64,000 nt of DNA from Takakia lepidozioides (Eukaryota > Plantae > Bryophyta), in NCBI GenBank assembly GCA_030704615.1, contig CM060732.1, positions 72,106,001-72,170,000 of the forward strand, in the 5' to 3' direction. The translations under genes and the position numbers were made by a program. Shown one piece after another: positions 14,560 to 26,219 of the stretch. Every line of letters begins with the position of its first letter. Within the stretch, counting starts at the first letter, position 1. Below the pieces are notes generated by a model, which saw only the letters and a program-made list of their open reading frames with translations, was not told the DNA's origin and made no database searches.

Positions 14560-15369
14560 TCTAGATGGCACCAATGGGGGGCGGCATGGCATATATCTTT
14601 GCCTGAAGACGGTTTCCAGGACAAGGGACTGAGGCAGATCGTTGTTTCGTATTCAAAATGTCAACGTGTGGGCCTGGCAGCAGCGTGGATCTGGTCCACT
14701 GGATGACAAGTGGAGACTTGTTAAACAGTTGGATCATCTTCGACCATATCAAGCGAATTACAAATCACTAGTGGGTGATAATGGGTGCACATGTCTACCA
14801 GGATGCTAATGACAATTGCTATTTGTGAGATGAAAGAGGAGGACACACAATCGGAGATGCTTCTTTGGCAAGGAATAAACGAACAGATGGCGAGGGCGGG
14901 ATTGCCCCCGCCGAGTTTCCGTGGTTTCATGGTGGACAACGCACAAGCAAATTGGGTTGCAATCCGAAGGGTGTACGGGGAAGACCCCAATATTCCAATG
15001 GAAGACAAAGAGAGATCTTGTGGCTCCTCTGCGGCGCATCTGGTGGACATCCTCACTGCCACACCGCAAGACATTGTGAGGTCAATTATGCAGCAATCCA
15101 GGTACAACGAGTTCTTGAAAGGGAAACAGTGGGGCTTGGGGCCAGACAGGCAGAAAATACTGATGCGGACTGCCTCCAGATCGAAGAATCCTCGGAAGTG
15201 GGCAGCAGCCTTGCGAGAGGGCCTTCCAGACACGCCATTGCTTCGAAGAGGCCAACACTTGGAAGGAGATATTCACACCCATCCAGTAAGACGAAGTCTT
15301 GACGAGCCACCTGGCGGAGAAGAGGATTCCTGGCAAGCTGATTTTGTGCAAAAAGTTTTATATATCTGA
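14560..15369 (+). mobile_element. Degenerate MULE (Mutator)-like transposase fragment
   Basis: FVFKMSTCGPGS..FDH.KR, then TIAICEMKEED..FRGFMVDNAQANWVAIRRVYG, resembling a MULE DDE core. Frameshifted. A palindrome GGGGTGCATTCC..GGAATGCACCCC at 13525-13554 may mark a terminus. Confidence 0.55.
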
Positions 15370-15634
15370 CCTCACATCATGGCGTAATTTATTGCATCAT
15401 CCCATTTTTTTCGTGAACGTCAATTTGGCAGTGGATTTTCTTCTAAAACCACAATACATACTTATATTGCCTCCAAAAAATATTCGGAGGATTATTGTTC
15501 ATGGTTATATTGTGCATAAAATAGCCAAATAATCATATATATTGCTTTATTTCAATAGTAAATTTGGTTTATTCATATTTCTCGTATTATTTCTGGACCA
15601 AACAAAAGTCCAGAATTAGTTAAAATAGTGTTCA

Positions 15635-16340
15635 AATGTCATTCTGAACCATACCCTGGTGGACATGTATGCAAAATGTCGGTGCATCGAGCCATGTACA
15701 AGGGCTAAGAGGTGCATGGGGATATCGTCAAGCTGGAATTGTACCAAATGTCATTATGAACATTGCCCTGGCAGCTCTGGAAAAGGGCAAAGAGGTCCAT
15801 GGCGACATTTTCAGAGCTGCAATTGTACCAAATGTCATTCTGAACAGTACTCTCATAGACATGTATGAAAGGCGTGTTCGACAGTATGGCTGAACGAGAT
15901 GTGGTGTTGTGGAGTGCGATGATTGTAGGATATGCACAACAAGGGCGCGGGATGGAGGCTTTGGAGACCTATGAGCAAATGATCTGCAAAGGGGTGAAGC
16001 CCAACCACGTCACATTTGTGTGCGTGTGAAAGCCTGGCAGCCCTGGAAAAGGGCAAAGAGGTCCATGGTGACATTGTCAAAGCTGGAAATGTGCCCAATG
16101 TCATTCTGAACTCTGCCCTGGTGGATATGTATGCCAAATGTGGGAGCATTGAGGATGCAAAAGGAGTGCTCAACACTATGGCTGAACGAGATGTGGTGTC
16201 ATAGAACGCGATGCTTGCAGGGTATGCACAGCAGGGGCGGGGGATGGAGGCCTTGGAGACCTATGAGCAATTGATGGGGGAAGGGTGAAGTGCAACCACA
16301 TCACGTTTGTGTGCGTTTGCAATACTTTGTGCAAGCCTAA
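15635..16340 (+). pseudogene. PLS-class PPR motif array fragment, inverted relative to the PPR-DYW pseudogene
   Basis: Repeated LVDMYAKCGSIEDA / MAERDVVS(W)NAMLAGYAQQG / KGKEVHGDIVKAG motifs with frameshifts and stops (e.g. TAG at 16202). Confidence 0.85.
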
Positions 16341-16580
16341 GGCTGGGGCCTGAGGAGCGCAGGAAGCCTGCTTTGGGGGAGCTAGACACTGTTGGTTGAT
16401 AAACCCCGGAGGGACACATTTTGAGGACAGTTTTCCTCGTTTTAATTTGATTAAATGGGCCTTCGACCCTTTTTGTCAATGAATACTTTTCTACACCAAT
16501 GCGAACTATCACATGTAAGTTATTCCACATTAATGTACAATAACCCACATGCAAGTAGCCTCACACATGACACTTGTCAT

Positions 16581-16764
16581 TAAAAAAAAAAAAGTGGACG
16601 CGTTGCCGAAGCAAGCGTAACTTATGGTGTCACTTGACCCAGAAGGGCTACTGCCTTCTGGTAGGAAGGTGGACACCTTTGTAACAACCAACAGGGTGGT
16701 TTGAACCCACAACCACTCATAAGAGGGTATATGCCCTTACCACTGGGCTACATGTTCGTTGTTC
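16581..16764 (-). mobile_element. tRNA-derived SINE, copy 1
   Basis: Minus strand has A box TAGCCCAGTGG, B box GGTTCAAACC and a T-rich tail. Flanked by direct repeat (C)ACTTGTCAT (16571-16580 / 16764-16773). Homologous to 19020-19190. Confidence 0.8.
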
Positions 16765-17581
16765 ACTTGTCATAAATACTTACACTAGGGCTTCGCGTTG
16801 CTCCGCACTATTAGCGACGAATTCTGAGAACTGCGTTCAATTGGCACAAAAAGGGGTGGGTCATCCCCACGCATACAATGATTCTTTTCATTATTGGAAA
16901 TATATACTATGCAAAAAACATGAGGAACTATGCAAAAGTATAACTGTCATAGGCTTACCCCTATCTATGCCCAAAAAGTGAGGGGGATTTGAACCCCCTT
17001 TTTTGCCCGGTATGCAGACCACCTCCCCCTCCCCTCCCCTCCCCTTCCCTCCGTCCGTCCGTCCATCCGTCCCCAAGTCCGTCCCCAAGTCCGTCCCCAA
17101 GCATCAGACATCACATCAAATAACCACCCCATGTAGTTGCACTGAGCGCCCTCCCGAAATAAGGAAAAAAAAAAAAAACATTCAGAAAAATTGAGAAACC
17201 CAAGCCCTCCATAGCATCCCGACACTGAGCCTTGAAGGAAACAACAAATACCGACGCACACACCTATGGCACTCCCAACATCGGGCTGGATCCCATGCAA
17301 TAGCAAACCAGCACCAGAATTAGGACAACACTCTGATTTCCATCCACTGTCACCAAAATCAGTCAAAATCACCACCCCTTCAGTCAATTGCAGTTGTGGG
17401 CTGACCTCCCACCTATGCCGGGTAGACCCCACTATCATTTCTTGTGGATTTATGGCACAGGAAATGCACTCAACAGTACATCATGGTCAATACTTTCAGG
17501 AAATGGTGGATGGTGTGAGTAGCTAAGTCACATATCAATGAATGAAGCAAGACACTCGCATCTTTCCAAGAAGACATATTT

Positions 17582-18800
17582 TCACCAGTAATCACCACAA
17601 GAACAAATCCCATCTTCAAAGTGGTGAAAGCGGTTAGCGTCCCGTACAACAATTGCTCGGCCAACAATCTTTGAGATGAATTTGGTGGAGGTGTGGCAGT
17701 CACCACACACTCGAAGATTCTTGATGAGACGGAGAGGCGTCCTAGGGGTCATGTTGATCAGCCCAAAACCAATGGCCAGCTTCTGACTGTGGTGGCGAAG
17801 AGAAAATTCCTTTTCCTCCTCCCCACATCATGCAATACAAAGCGCCTGTCAGAGCTGCCAGGGCAGTGTTTAGAATGACATTTGGTACAATTCCAGCTTT
17901 GACGATATCCCCATGCACCTCTTTGCCCTTCTCTAGGGCTGCCAGGCTTGCACGACGCCACATCTTGTTCAGCCATAGTGTTGAACACTCCCATTGCGTC
18001 CTAGATGCACCCACATTTTGCAAACATATCCACCAGGGTATTGTTCAGAATGACAATTCCAGCTCTGAAGATGTCGCCATGGACCTCTTTGCCCCTTTCC
18101 AGAGCTGCCAGGCTTGCACACGCATTGCAAACGCACCCAAACGTGATGTGGTTGGGCTTCACCCCTTCTCCCATCATTTGTTCATAAGTCTCCAAAGCCT
18201 CCATACCACGTTCTTGCTGTGCATACCCTGCAAGCATCGCGTCCAATGGCACCACATCTCGTTCAGCCATAGTGTTGACTCCCTTCGCATCCTTAATGCA
18301 CCCACATTTGGCATACATGTCCACCAGAGCAGTTTGCAGAATGACATCTGGTACAATTCCAGCTTTGACGATGTCACCATGGACCTCTTTGCCCTATTCC
18401 TGTCAGACTTGCACACGCACTGCAAACACAAACAAATGTGATGTGGTTGGGCTTCACCCTTTCGCGCAACATTTGCTCATAGGTCTCCAAAGCATTCCTA
18501 CCACACCCGTGCTTGGTAAATCCTGCCAACATTATGTTCCACATGATCAAACATCGTTGAGGCATTCTGTTGAACACTTGGTGAGCATCCATGACGTGAA
18601 TCCACTTTGGATAATGTGAGTGCGCATCTGCTTTCCAGCTTCCAGGCCTCCCATCTTGATACACTTAAACAAGAGATAAGCATACGTATCTGAATCTGCT
18701 GAAATGCCTCATTGGTTTATAGTCTGTAGAGCCTCTGCCAGTCTGTCTTTCGCACGAAGTATCTTCACATGCCCAGAAGTGCCAGAAGAGGTATTGTGGA
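17582..18800 (-). pseudogene. PPR-DYW RNA-editing factor pseudogene
   Basis: PLS motifs 17850-18750. DYW domain, missed by the ORF track, at 17582-17845: [85 protein letters not shown]. Multiple frameshifts; E1/E2 and PG box not seen. Confidence 0.9.
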
Positions 18801-19019
18801 CTCCCTCTCTTGATCATCTTTCAGAAGCTTACACTATATGGCTCATTCTCACACTGGTGTGAGATAAGCCTTGTATACTGTTCGATACCTTCTCGGTCAA
18901 CGACCGTTGACCACAAAACTTAGAAGGTGTGAGCTTGGTGTAAACTAGTCTACACAAAGCGACTTTTCTTGCTCAATCTACACCAACGAGATATTATAGG
19001 GGTGTAAGATTATGTGTAA

Positions 19020-19190
19020 AGTATGATGCCTCCCGAAAGGAGCGTAACTTATGGTGTCTCTTCACCACAAGGGTTATTGCCTTCCAGTTGAAAGGTGGAC
19101 ACCTTCATGACACACCAGACCGTGGTTTGAACCCACAACCACATCCAACGTGGTATGTGCCCATTACCACTGGGCTACATACTAATTGTC
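19020..19190 (-). mobile_element. tRNA-derived SINE, copy 2
   Basis: Same A and B boxes as copy 1. 12-bp TSD GATTATGTGTAA at 19008-19019 and 19191-19202. Confidence 0.85.
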
Positions 19191-19899
19191 GATTATGTGT
19201 AAGAAAAGTCAGGTATGAACTACCCGTGATGTAAAAAAAACCAGGATCTCTTGTAGTGATATTATCTGTAACATTGTAAAAATAAGTTTATCTTCATCCC
19301 AAATGAGATTGAGTGTTGCTAGCCATCTACCATATCTACATGTTGGTATGATTATTTTACAAGTTAGATGATTTTTCATGGAGCTATGACTTTTTAGGAC
19401 TTGCACTTTGGGTTGTCACATTCCAAGTATGTCCACAATTGGACTCTCAAACACTAACTTGCACTTAGCCATTTTATACATGGACTCCGAATATAAAGTA
19501 CCGTTGAGGAATAAGAGACATGGATGAATTTACAAGTAAACAATTTTATTCATTTGTTAGTGAGCTATGGACTTTTATATCCCTCCACATATACCCAAAA
19601 TTTCAAAAGTCCATGATGTTCAAAAAAATTCATATTTGAGTAGAACTCTTAATGACAATATAAAGATTGTCATTATCTGCAAATTCTTATAACTAGATGG
19701 ACAAATGTCCTATAGAATTGGGGACCTACAAATTAGTTATTTTTTAAATTATGAAATAATTTTTAAAATAAATAAGATCTCAAAATATTTAAGATGGACC
19801 CCTTTACTAAAAGTGTTAGGCATATCATTATCTATGAATGTAAAAATATATTTGAACAAAAAATATAAATTAAGTTTTTGCCCATAGACTTTCATGGAG

Positions 19900-21090
19900 G
19901 TCACATCTGCCGTTTTTGAGCCACTTGATCCTGCACTCAGCCACTTCCTATTGGATGTAAGGGGTGGTTTGAACTACAAAGTGTCGTGCTGAGCAGGTGC
20001 TAGTTGCTGGGCAGATGCAGAGAGAAGTTCAGGGGGCTTCTGCCCCTGGGAGAGGCCTGAATGTGGAGGTTCCGAACGAACATGCTGGTGGAGAGCCTTC
20101 AAGGACTGACCTGGCATGGAGAGCGCAATCTTTTCCCAGGTGGACAGTCCGCCTCCATGTTGGCCACAATTAAAGCAAGCTACAAAGGTGGAATCTTCTA
20201 TGATCTACGGATAGTGTAGTAATCTCATTCATCATTAATAGATAGTTTGACAAACTGGGTAAAATTGCTTCATTTGGCATCATGAGAACTATCTTTCCAC
20301 AACCTGTTTCATGAAGCCTTGATGCAATAGTGTCAGTCTTCTAATCAGGGTCATGACGCAAGTTCTGGGAGACTGGGTGCACATCTGAGGATCAAATACC
20401 GCTAGACATCATAAGTAGTATATTCCAAAGTGATTAGGAATGTCGAGCAAGTTGACCAGATATTGGTCTGGAATGAAAGGTACTGAGATGATTCTTGGAC
20501 CCCAAAGTTTCCCATTTCTATTCCCCATTTTGGAAGACCAAGGGAATATATTCACATTGAATCCCTTGATATGAGGGTTGAATAACAAGGCCTGTGCAGC
20601 TGCTCAAACATGATTGAATAAAAACCACTGCTTTTTTCATGGCAGAACTGTTGCCTTAGTTCTCCTGGTCCTCCCAAATGCCTGATCGCCCAATCCCTAA
20701 CATAGGCTCTGTTCACTTCCTTCCCCGGAAAATGCACAAGAATTCCAAACTCCTCCATTCCACTCTTTAGTGAAGGTCTGGAATGTCCATAGAAATCATA
20801 GGAATGTCATTTCCATATTTTCCTGACTAGGCATAGTGTTCTCAGGCCAATCCTCTACTGGAGGGGGAGACATTGGCATCTCCAGTAACGCCAAGTCAAG
20901 CCTTGGAAACTTAAGAAGCGGAAGAGGAGGAGAGAGAGGATTAAAGGGTAAAGAGGACCTTTGGGGAAGCCAATCCTAGAACGAACATGGTGCGCCAGGG
21001 AAAGGGTATGATTGTTTCTCAGCGACGAGTCCTTGGGAAAACGGAATCCCTGTGATTCCTTGAGCTTGAATTTGTTGCTTCCAGCTGGCG
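19900..21090 (-). mobile_element. L1-type LINE 5'UTR and ORF1 fragment (inverted)
   Basis: Minus strand: pyrimidine-rich leader, ORF1-like MEEFGILVHFPGKEVNRAYVRDWAIRHLG, knuckle-like ACFNCGQHG (~20155-20181), then Pro/Ser-rich sequence. Degenerate. Confidence 0.5.
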
Positions 21091-21830
21091 GCAATTGTCA
21101 GCGGCCTCCGCATCTCTCCTTCGACAATCATCAACAACACCCAACCAGTCCCACAAAGCACCCCCCCCCCCCCAAGGCTATGCCAAGTCCTTCTCCTTCT
21201 CTACTCAAGGTTCATTCTTCCCCTTCCCTATGTATTTTCTTTCAGGTGCTCTCGAGGGATCGTTTCAGATGCTGGTTACTATGTTGTAAGATCCACCACA
21301 TGAGGAGACAAATCAAACAACACCTTCCAACCTTCGAGTTACCGGACTCAACTCCTTCAGGTTCCATTAACTCTGGCAATGGGGCCTCGGAGAAGCACCC
21401 TCTGATTACAAATCCTTACTGTCTACAGATTTCTTCCCAGCAAACGTTAGCATAACCTCCCTTACGATATCCAAGGTCTCAACCAGTCAATTTCAGTTGG
21501 TAGGTTCTCATAATGTTCAACCAACATGGCCTCAGAGGTATCTTCATCCAATTCAGTAAGAAAAGTCTTAATAAATCTCCATTGCAACACCTTAGGGTCA
21601 AATCACTCTGCCCTCAAGACCAACGGGTAAAACATTTCTTTGACAAAAAGTAGGCCATCAAATGGGACTCATAGTTTGTGCCTCCACCATCCATCTAATG
21701 ATTATTAACCTCCAATCATCGAATATCAGGGGGTTGGGCACGGACCCAACTTCCCTCAAAAGTGTTAAAGTTAAATCCAAGCTTGCCCCTTTCCTTCAAA
21801 AGGTTGTCCATAGTATTTTAACAGGAGCAT

Positions 21831-22201
21831 TGTCATGGTTTTAGTCATGGTTATCTAGAATTACCTATTTCTAGTTAACTAGGACATTTTAGCTATTTAT
21901 ATTTATAATTATATTTTGTGTGTTGGGACTTCATTTGGTCTCACATGCCAAGTGAGGTGTCGAGCCTCACTTGAGACATGGGGATAGGTTTTCCCCTTGT
22001 GAGGATGGAGGAGGCTCATCTTCTTGTAGTTGAGCCTCTATGAGCCTCTCTCACCTCCATAGCTCTAGGTATTGAGAGGGAGTGTGGTGAGGGCTTTGTA
22101 TGGTGGATTCCCTTAGCAAGGGTGCCCTTGGCTTGACTTACTTTATGTGATTGAGTGGATTCATGAGTGGAGGGTTTCGATTGTGTTCACTTTCATTATC
22201 A
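21831..22201 (+). repeat. Split direct repeat A1
   Basis: Matches 39384-39753 with about 12 substitutions and 1 indel in ~370 bp (hand count). Contains hairpin CAAGTGAGG..CCTCACTTG. Confidence 0.93.
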
Positions 22202-23544
22202 CTACAAGAAGATCACCTTATGCTTGTGAGGGCGGAGTGTAAGGATAGTTTTGCACTTGTGTTGGTGTACACCAAGGAGTGAGAGAGCTAGGAATAACTC
22301 AAGTATCTCATAAGGCTTGCAAGGTGTTGCAAGGGAGAGTGTGTTTGCATTGCATCAAGGAGGTGGAGAGCTCAAGGAGAGAGCTCTTGAGTTACAAGAC
22401 TTTGCAAGTACTGCAGGGAGAAAGTCTTGTGTGTGTGGAATCAAAAGGTTGAAAGTTTGAGAAGAAGGAGCGACATCTCTTGTATCTCAAGTGTTGTGAC
22501 AACCATTTGCCAAGGAAGTGGCTTCTATGGTGAAAATAATGCATTGAGGGTTTGTAGAAGCACTATTGTGCACCGAGGGTTTGAGAGCTTGGAAAAGAGC
22601 TCTTGCATCACAAGAGAAGCGTCTTGTGTGTGGAGAAGATAGACACTAGGGTTTCAAGAGCAAGCTCTAGTTGTTCATGGTGTGAAAGAAAAGCCAAAGA
22701 GCGGCACATGCTTGGGTTAGAAACACCATAGAAGAAGTACAACAAGGATAGCTTGAGGAGCATTGAGTAGCTCAAGAGAAGCTAAGAAATGGTTGTTTTA
22801 TCCATGGTGAAATGAAGCCCAGTGGGGTTTCATTTGGTTGACAAACAAGCAAGCTAAGGCGCTAGAAGGGAGTGCTTTTGCTAGTTCTATGAGTTCTTGG
22901 ATTGCTCTTGGTGAAGCAAGTGGTTGACCAAGCAAGTGGCGCATGTGTGGAGCATGCTTTCCAAGTGTGGCTTCCAACTTCAAGCTTGAGGAGAGCTAGA
23001 AGGTGAAGGGAACAAGTGATTCTTTTGTGTATGAGGTGATGCTTATGTGGAGCATGTTTTCAGCCCATTGAGGCTTCTATTTTCAAGCCTTGGAGAGCAA
23101 GAAGAAAGGAAAAGGGTTGGTTTCCACTTAGGTGAAGGAAAAGCACTTGTAGAGTACATGTTTGAGTTGGGGTTTCAACCTTAAGCTTGAGGAGAGCACG
23201 ACTCTTGAGCTAGCAAATGAAGGGACTTGAATCTTCCTCTTTGCATGAGATGGAGATGTATTGATGCTTGGAGAAGCAACACATAGAAGCCAAGAATAGA
23301 GCATGTGTATGGATGGCCAAAGAAGAATACATGAATGAGTGCAAGACTTGGTTGCTTGTCAAATGAGGTAAAAACTTGATTCTTGAGCTCCAAAAGAGAA
23401 GTAAAGCTTGTTGTGTGGCAAATGCATTGCTAGGTGAGATGGAATCGTTGTGGCTTGAGATGAAGAAGATCAAGGTAGTTTGCCTTGGTATCTCATAGAC
23501 GTCATGGATGCTTGAGGAGAGCAAGCATGAAGCTCAAGGAAGCC

Positions 23545-24010
23545 AAACCCTAGCTTGGAATGCACAAACCCTAGCATGGGATGCAGAAACCCTAGCATGA
23601 GATGCACATGAAACCCTAGGGTCATGGGAACAGTCACCAAAATGTGGGAACGGTCATCGTAGTCTGGGAACCGTCACCGTAGTCTAGGAACGGTCACCAA
23701 GGTGTGGGAACGGTCACTATAGGCTGGGAACATAGTGACATATAAAGACAATATTTGGAGGCCTATTTGCGGTCCTTGAAGGCCAAGTTTTGGCAAGTTT
23801 TTGGAGCCTTTGGAAGGCTATGTGGAGGACCATTTGGGGTTTTTGAAGGCCAATATTTGGAAAGTTTTTGGAGCCTTTGGAAGGTTGTTTGGAGGGTTGT
23901 TTGGGATCCTTGGAGGCCGATATTTGGCGAGCTTGAGGAGTCTTTGGCGACTTGTTGAAGGACTATTTGGGGTCCTTGAGGGCCGAGATTTGGCAGGCTC
24001 TTGGGGCCTT
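23545..24010 (+). repeat. Tandem arrays in the 5' leader of the outer element
   Basis: AAACCCTAG x4 (~23546-23620), 21-bp TGGGAACGGTCACC-type units x~6 (~23625-23740), degenerate TTTGGAGG/GGCC units (~23755-24010). Confidence 0.8.
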
Positions 24011-24590
24011 GGTGTACTGTTTGGAGTACCATTGTCCAAGCTTTGGGAGTCTTAGTGAAATTGTTTGAGAGACACCTTGAGGGATCTTAGAGAGTTATTT
24101 GAGAGATCCTTGAAAGGTCTTGTCTATTGCTTAAGCAAGAGAGTGTGGAGATAGGGTAGTGGGATGAGAGCATGTTGTGATAGGAATTGCTTTAGTCTCT
24201 CTTCCTTGTAGTCTTCCACCCTCTCTGTAGGCCAAAACCTTTCCGTAGATGGAGGCAAGAGTCAGTCTGGGTTTGGGCTGGGGTGTCTTGCAGGAGTGAC
24301 ACTGTGGAGTGTTTTTGGTGTGGGGGAGTTACTGTTTTGATTTCTTTTTGCTTGGATCCCCTCCACACATGCATGCTTGACTGTGCGCCATGTTAGTTTT
24401 GTGTGGGTGCTTGTTTTCATAGGAGGTTGGTCTGGATTTTATCACTGGTCAATCCTAGAGCGTGTTGTCGATGGTGAGGCTGGGGTGATGACCAGTCAGA
24501 CCATCATTGTTCTGTTATGGTGAGGCTAGGTTGATGACCAACAGACCATAGGAGTGCTTGCGGTGGATGCAGGTGCAGGTACAGGTCTAC

Positions 24591-25313
24591 TGTCGCACAC
24601 CTCAGTTCGGTAAACTCCCCTTCAAGTCATAATTACTCGCTTTGATGCGCGCGCCTGACTCCCAACCTGGCCGCCGGGCCAACTTGGAGTTTCGGCTGCT
24701 CACCGGGACATAACGGTCCCCTTCCGCTTCCCTCTAAACCCTCCACCTATTTGGGACTAGGAGAATTCCCTTTGGTAGATGGCAGTCCGGAACAGCTCCC
24801 CACTCTTTGGTCGCTTTCCGGCTCGCTCGCTTACTCACTAGTTTTTGGTCACCAACGGGCTTGCACCGTTCTCGGGGTTACTACTCCCTATATATACTTC
24901 TGTAGCTGTCCGCGGGGGTTTCATAACCAGCCATGCCATTTTATGGCGAACCACCACGAAAACCCTCGACTCCCGGTGGTGAGTCGTGGTGAGTCTTGGC
25001 CCACTCACCGCGGCCCCAATGGACCGTGATGAGTCCCAAGACTCCCCACGACTCCCACCTCGAGGTCTCCACCCCATGGTGAGTCCTATGCCACCCCCAC
25101 TAAGTCCCACTAAGCTACCACCACCCCTTGTGGAGCCACCTCCACCGCAACCCGGTGTGCGGGGCTCCACCTAGTGAGCGCCTCCGCCTCCTTGAGTGCC
25201 TTGGGCACTCAAGGTTGCTTCAGCCCCCCATACCTATCGCTGCCGCTGCCCCCACCACAGGGGCAGCCCTCATGTGTCCCGACCCCCTGCCCTCAAGGCA
25301 AAGGGCCGCGACA
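24591..25313 (-). repeat. 3' LTR of chromovirus (723 bp)
   Basis: Near-identical to 30837-31560. Preceded on the minus strand by purine-rich GGTAGGGGTGTG (25314-25325). Confidence 0.97.
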
Positions 25314-26219
25314 CACACCCCTACCAACAGGGAGTCGATGTCCTCATCGACTTGTCCATTTTGTAGAAACGAACATCCAAGTTGTGGCGTCCCACATCAA
25401 GGAGTTTGTTTCCGTACCATGGCGTCCCATGGCAAAGAACCAAACCCCACACTTGACTCCACTCTCCACTAGCTAGTTCGGCCGACTTCCTCCAAGTCCC
25501 GGCCAAGGGTGGAGCCTCTCCAGCTCCTCCCAGTGCACTCTTCTTGGCCTACTTCAAGGCCAAGGAACGATCCTCCCCGAGGATCGAATCGCCTTACTGC
25601 AACAACATTGCTTGCGATCGCTCATGATGCCGCTTTTGGCATCACCTTGAGCAAGGGTTCACCTGGAACCCTCTTTGACTAGGAAGATAACCTTGAACCA
25701 ACCGTGCGCCCCAATCACTACAATTGGGTCCGCCTTGGAATGCTGGCCTGAGGTACGGGAACACGCCGAAGCCGCACTACGACTTCGTCCCGAGGCTACA
25801 CGATTATAGTACGTGAACGGAAGCACGTAGCTTCCGCGTTAGCCCGCACTACAAGGCAACCCCCTCGGTAGCGCAGTTATAGTACGCGCACGCGCCAGGT
25901 GCGCACTAGCACTTGAACTCCCAAATAAGGCGCAAGTTTCCTTGCCCCTTGGATGGGAGTCACCCGATTTCGGCACTGCGCAAACACACGATTAACCCAA
26001 TTTACCTCTCCCACTTTTGTAAGCTAGCATGCATTCTACACACTAGCCAACCACACCATGCATCACCATTCCAAACACAATAGGACGCACAATATTTGGA
26101 ACCCATTTCCTTTATCACAAATTTTTGTACAATACAAGTTTTTGCAATCGGATTCCTGAGCTAGCTAAACCGGGCTAAGCATGCATTTCCTCTCCCACGC
26201 TCCAAGGTTGATGTCCCCA

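Noticed and set aside
16690-19190. tRNA genes at the two A/B-box sites
   Set aside because: No acceptor stem or full cloverleaf seen; shared non-tRNA body and TSDs indicate SINEs.
23545-23620. Interstitial telomere
   Set aside because: Only four spaced AAACCCTAG motifs, not a contiguous TTTAGGG array.
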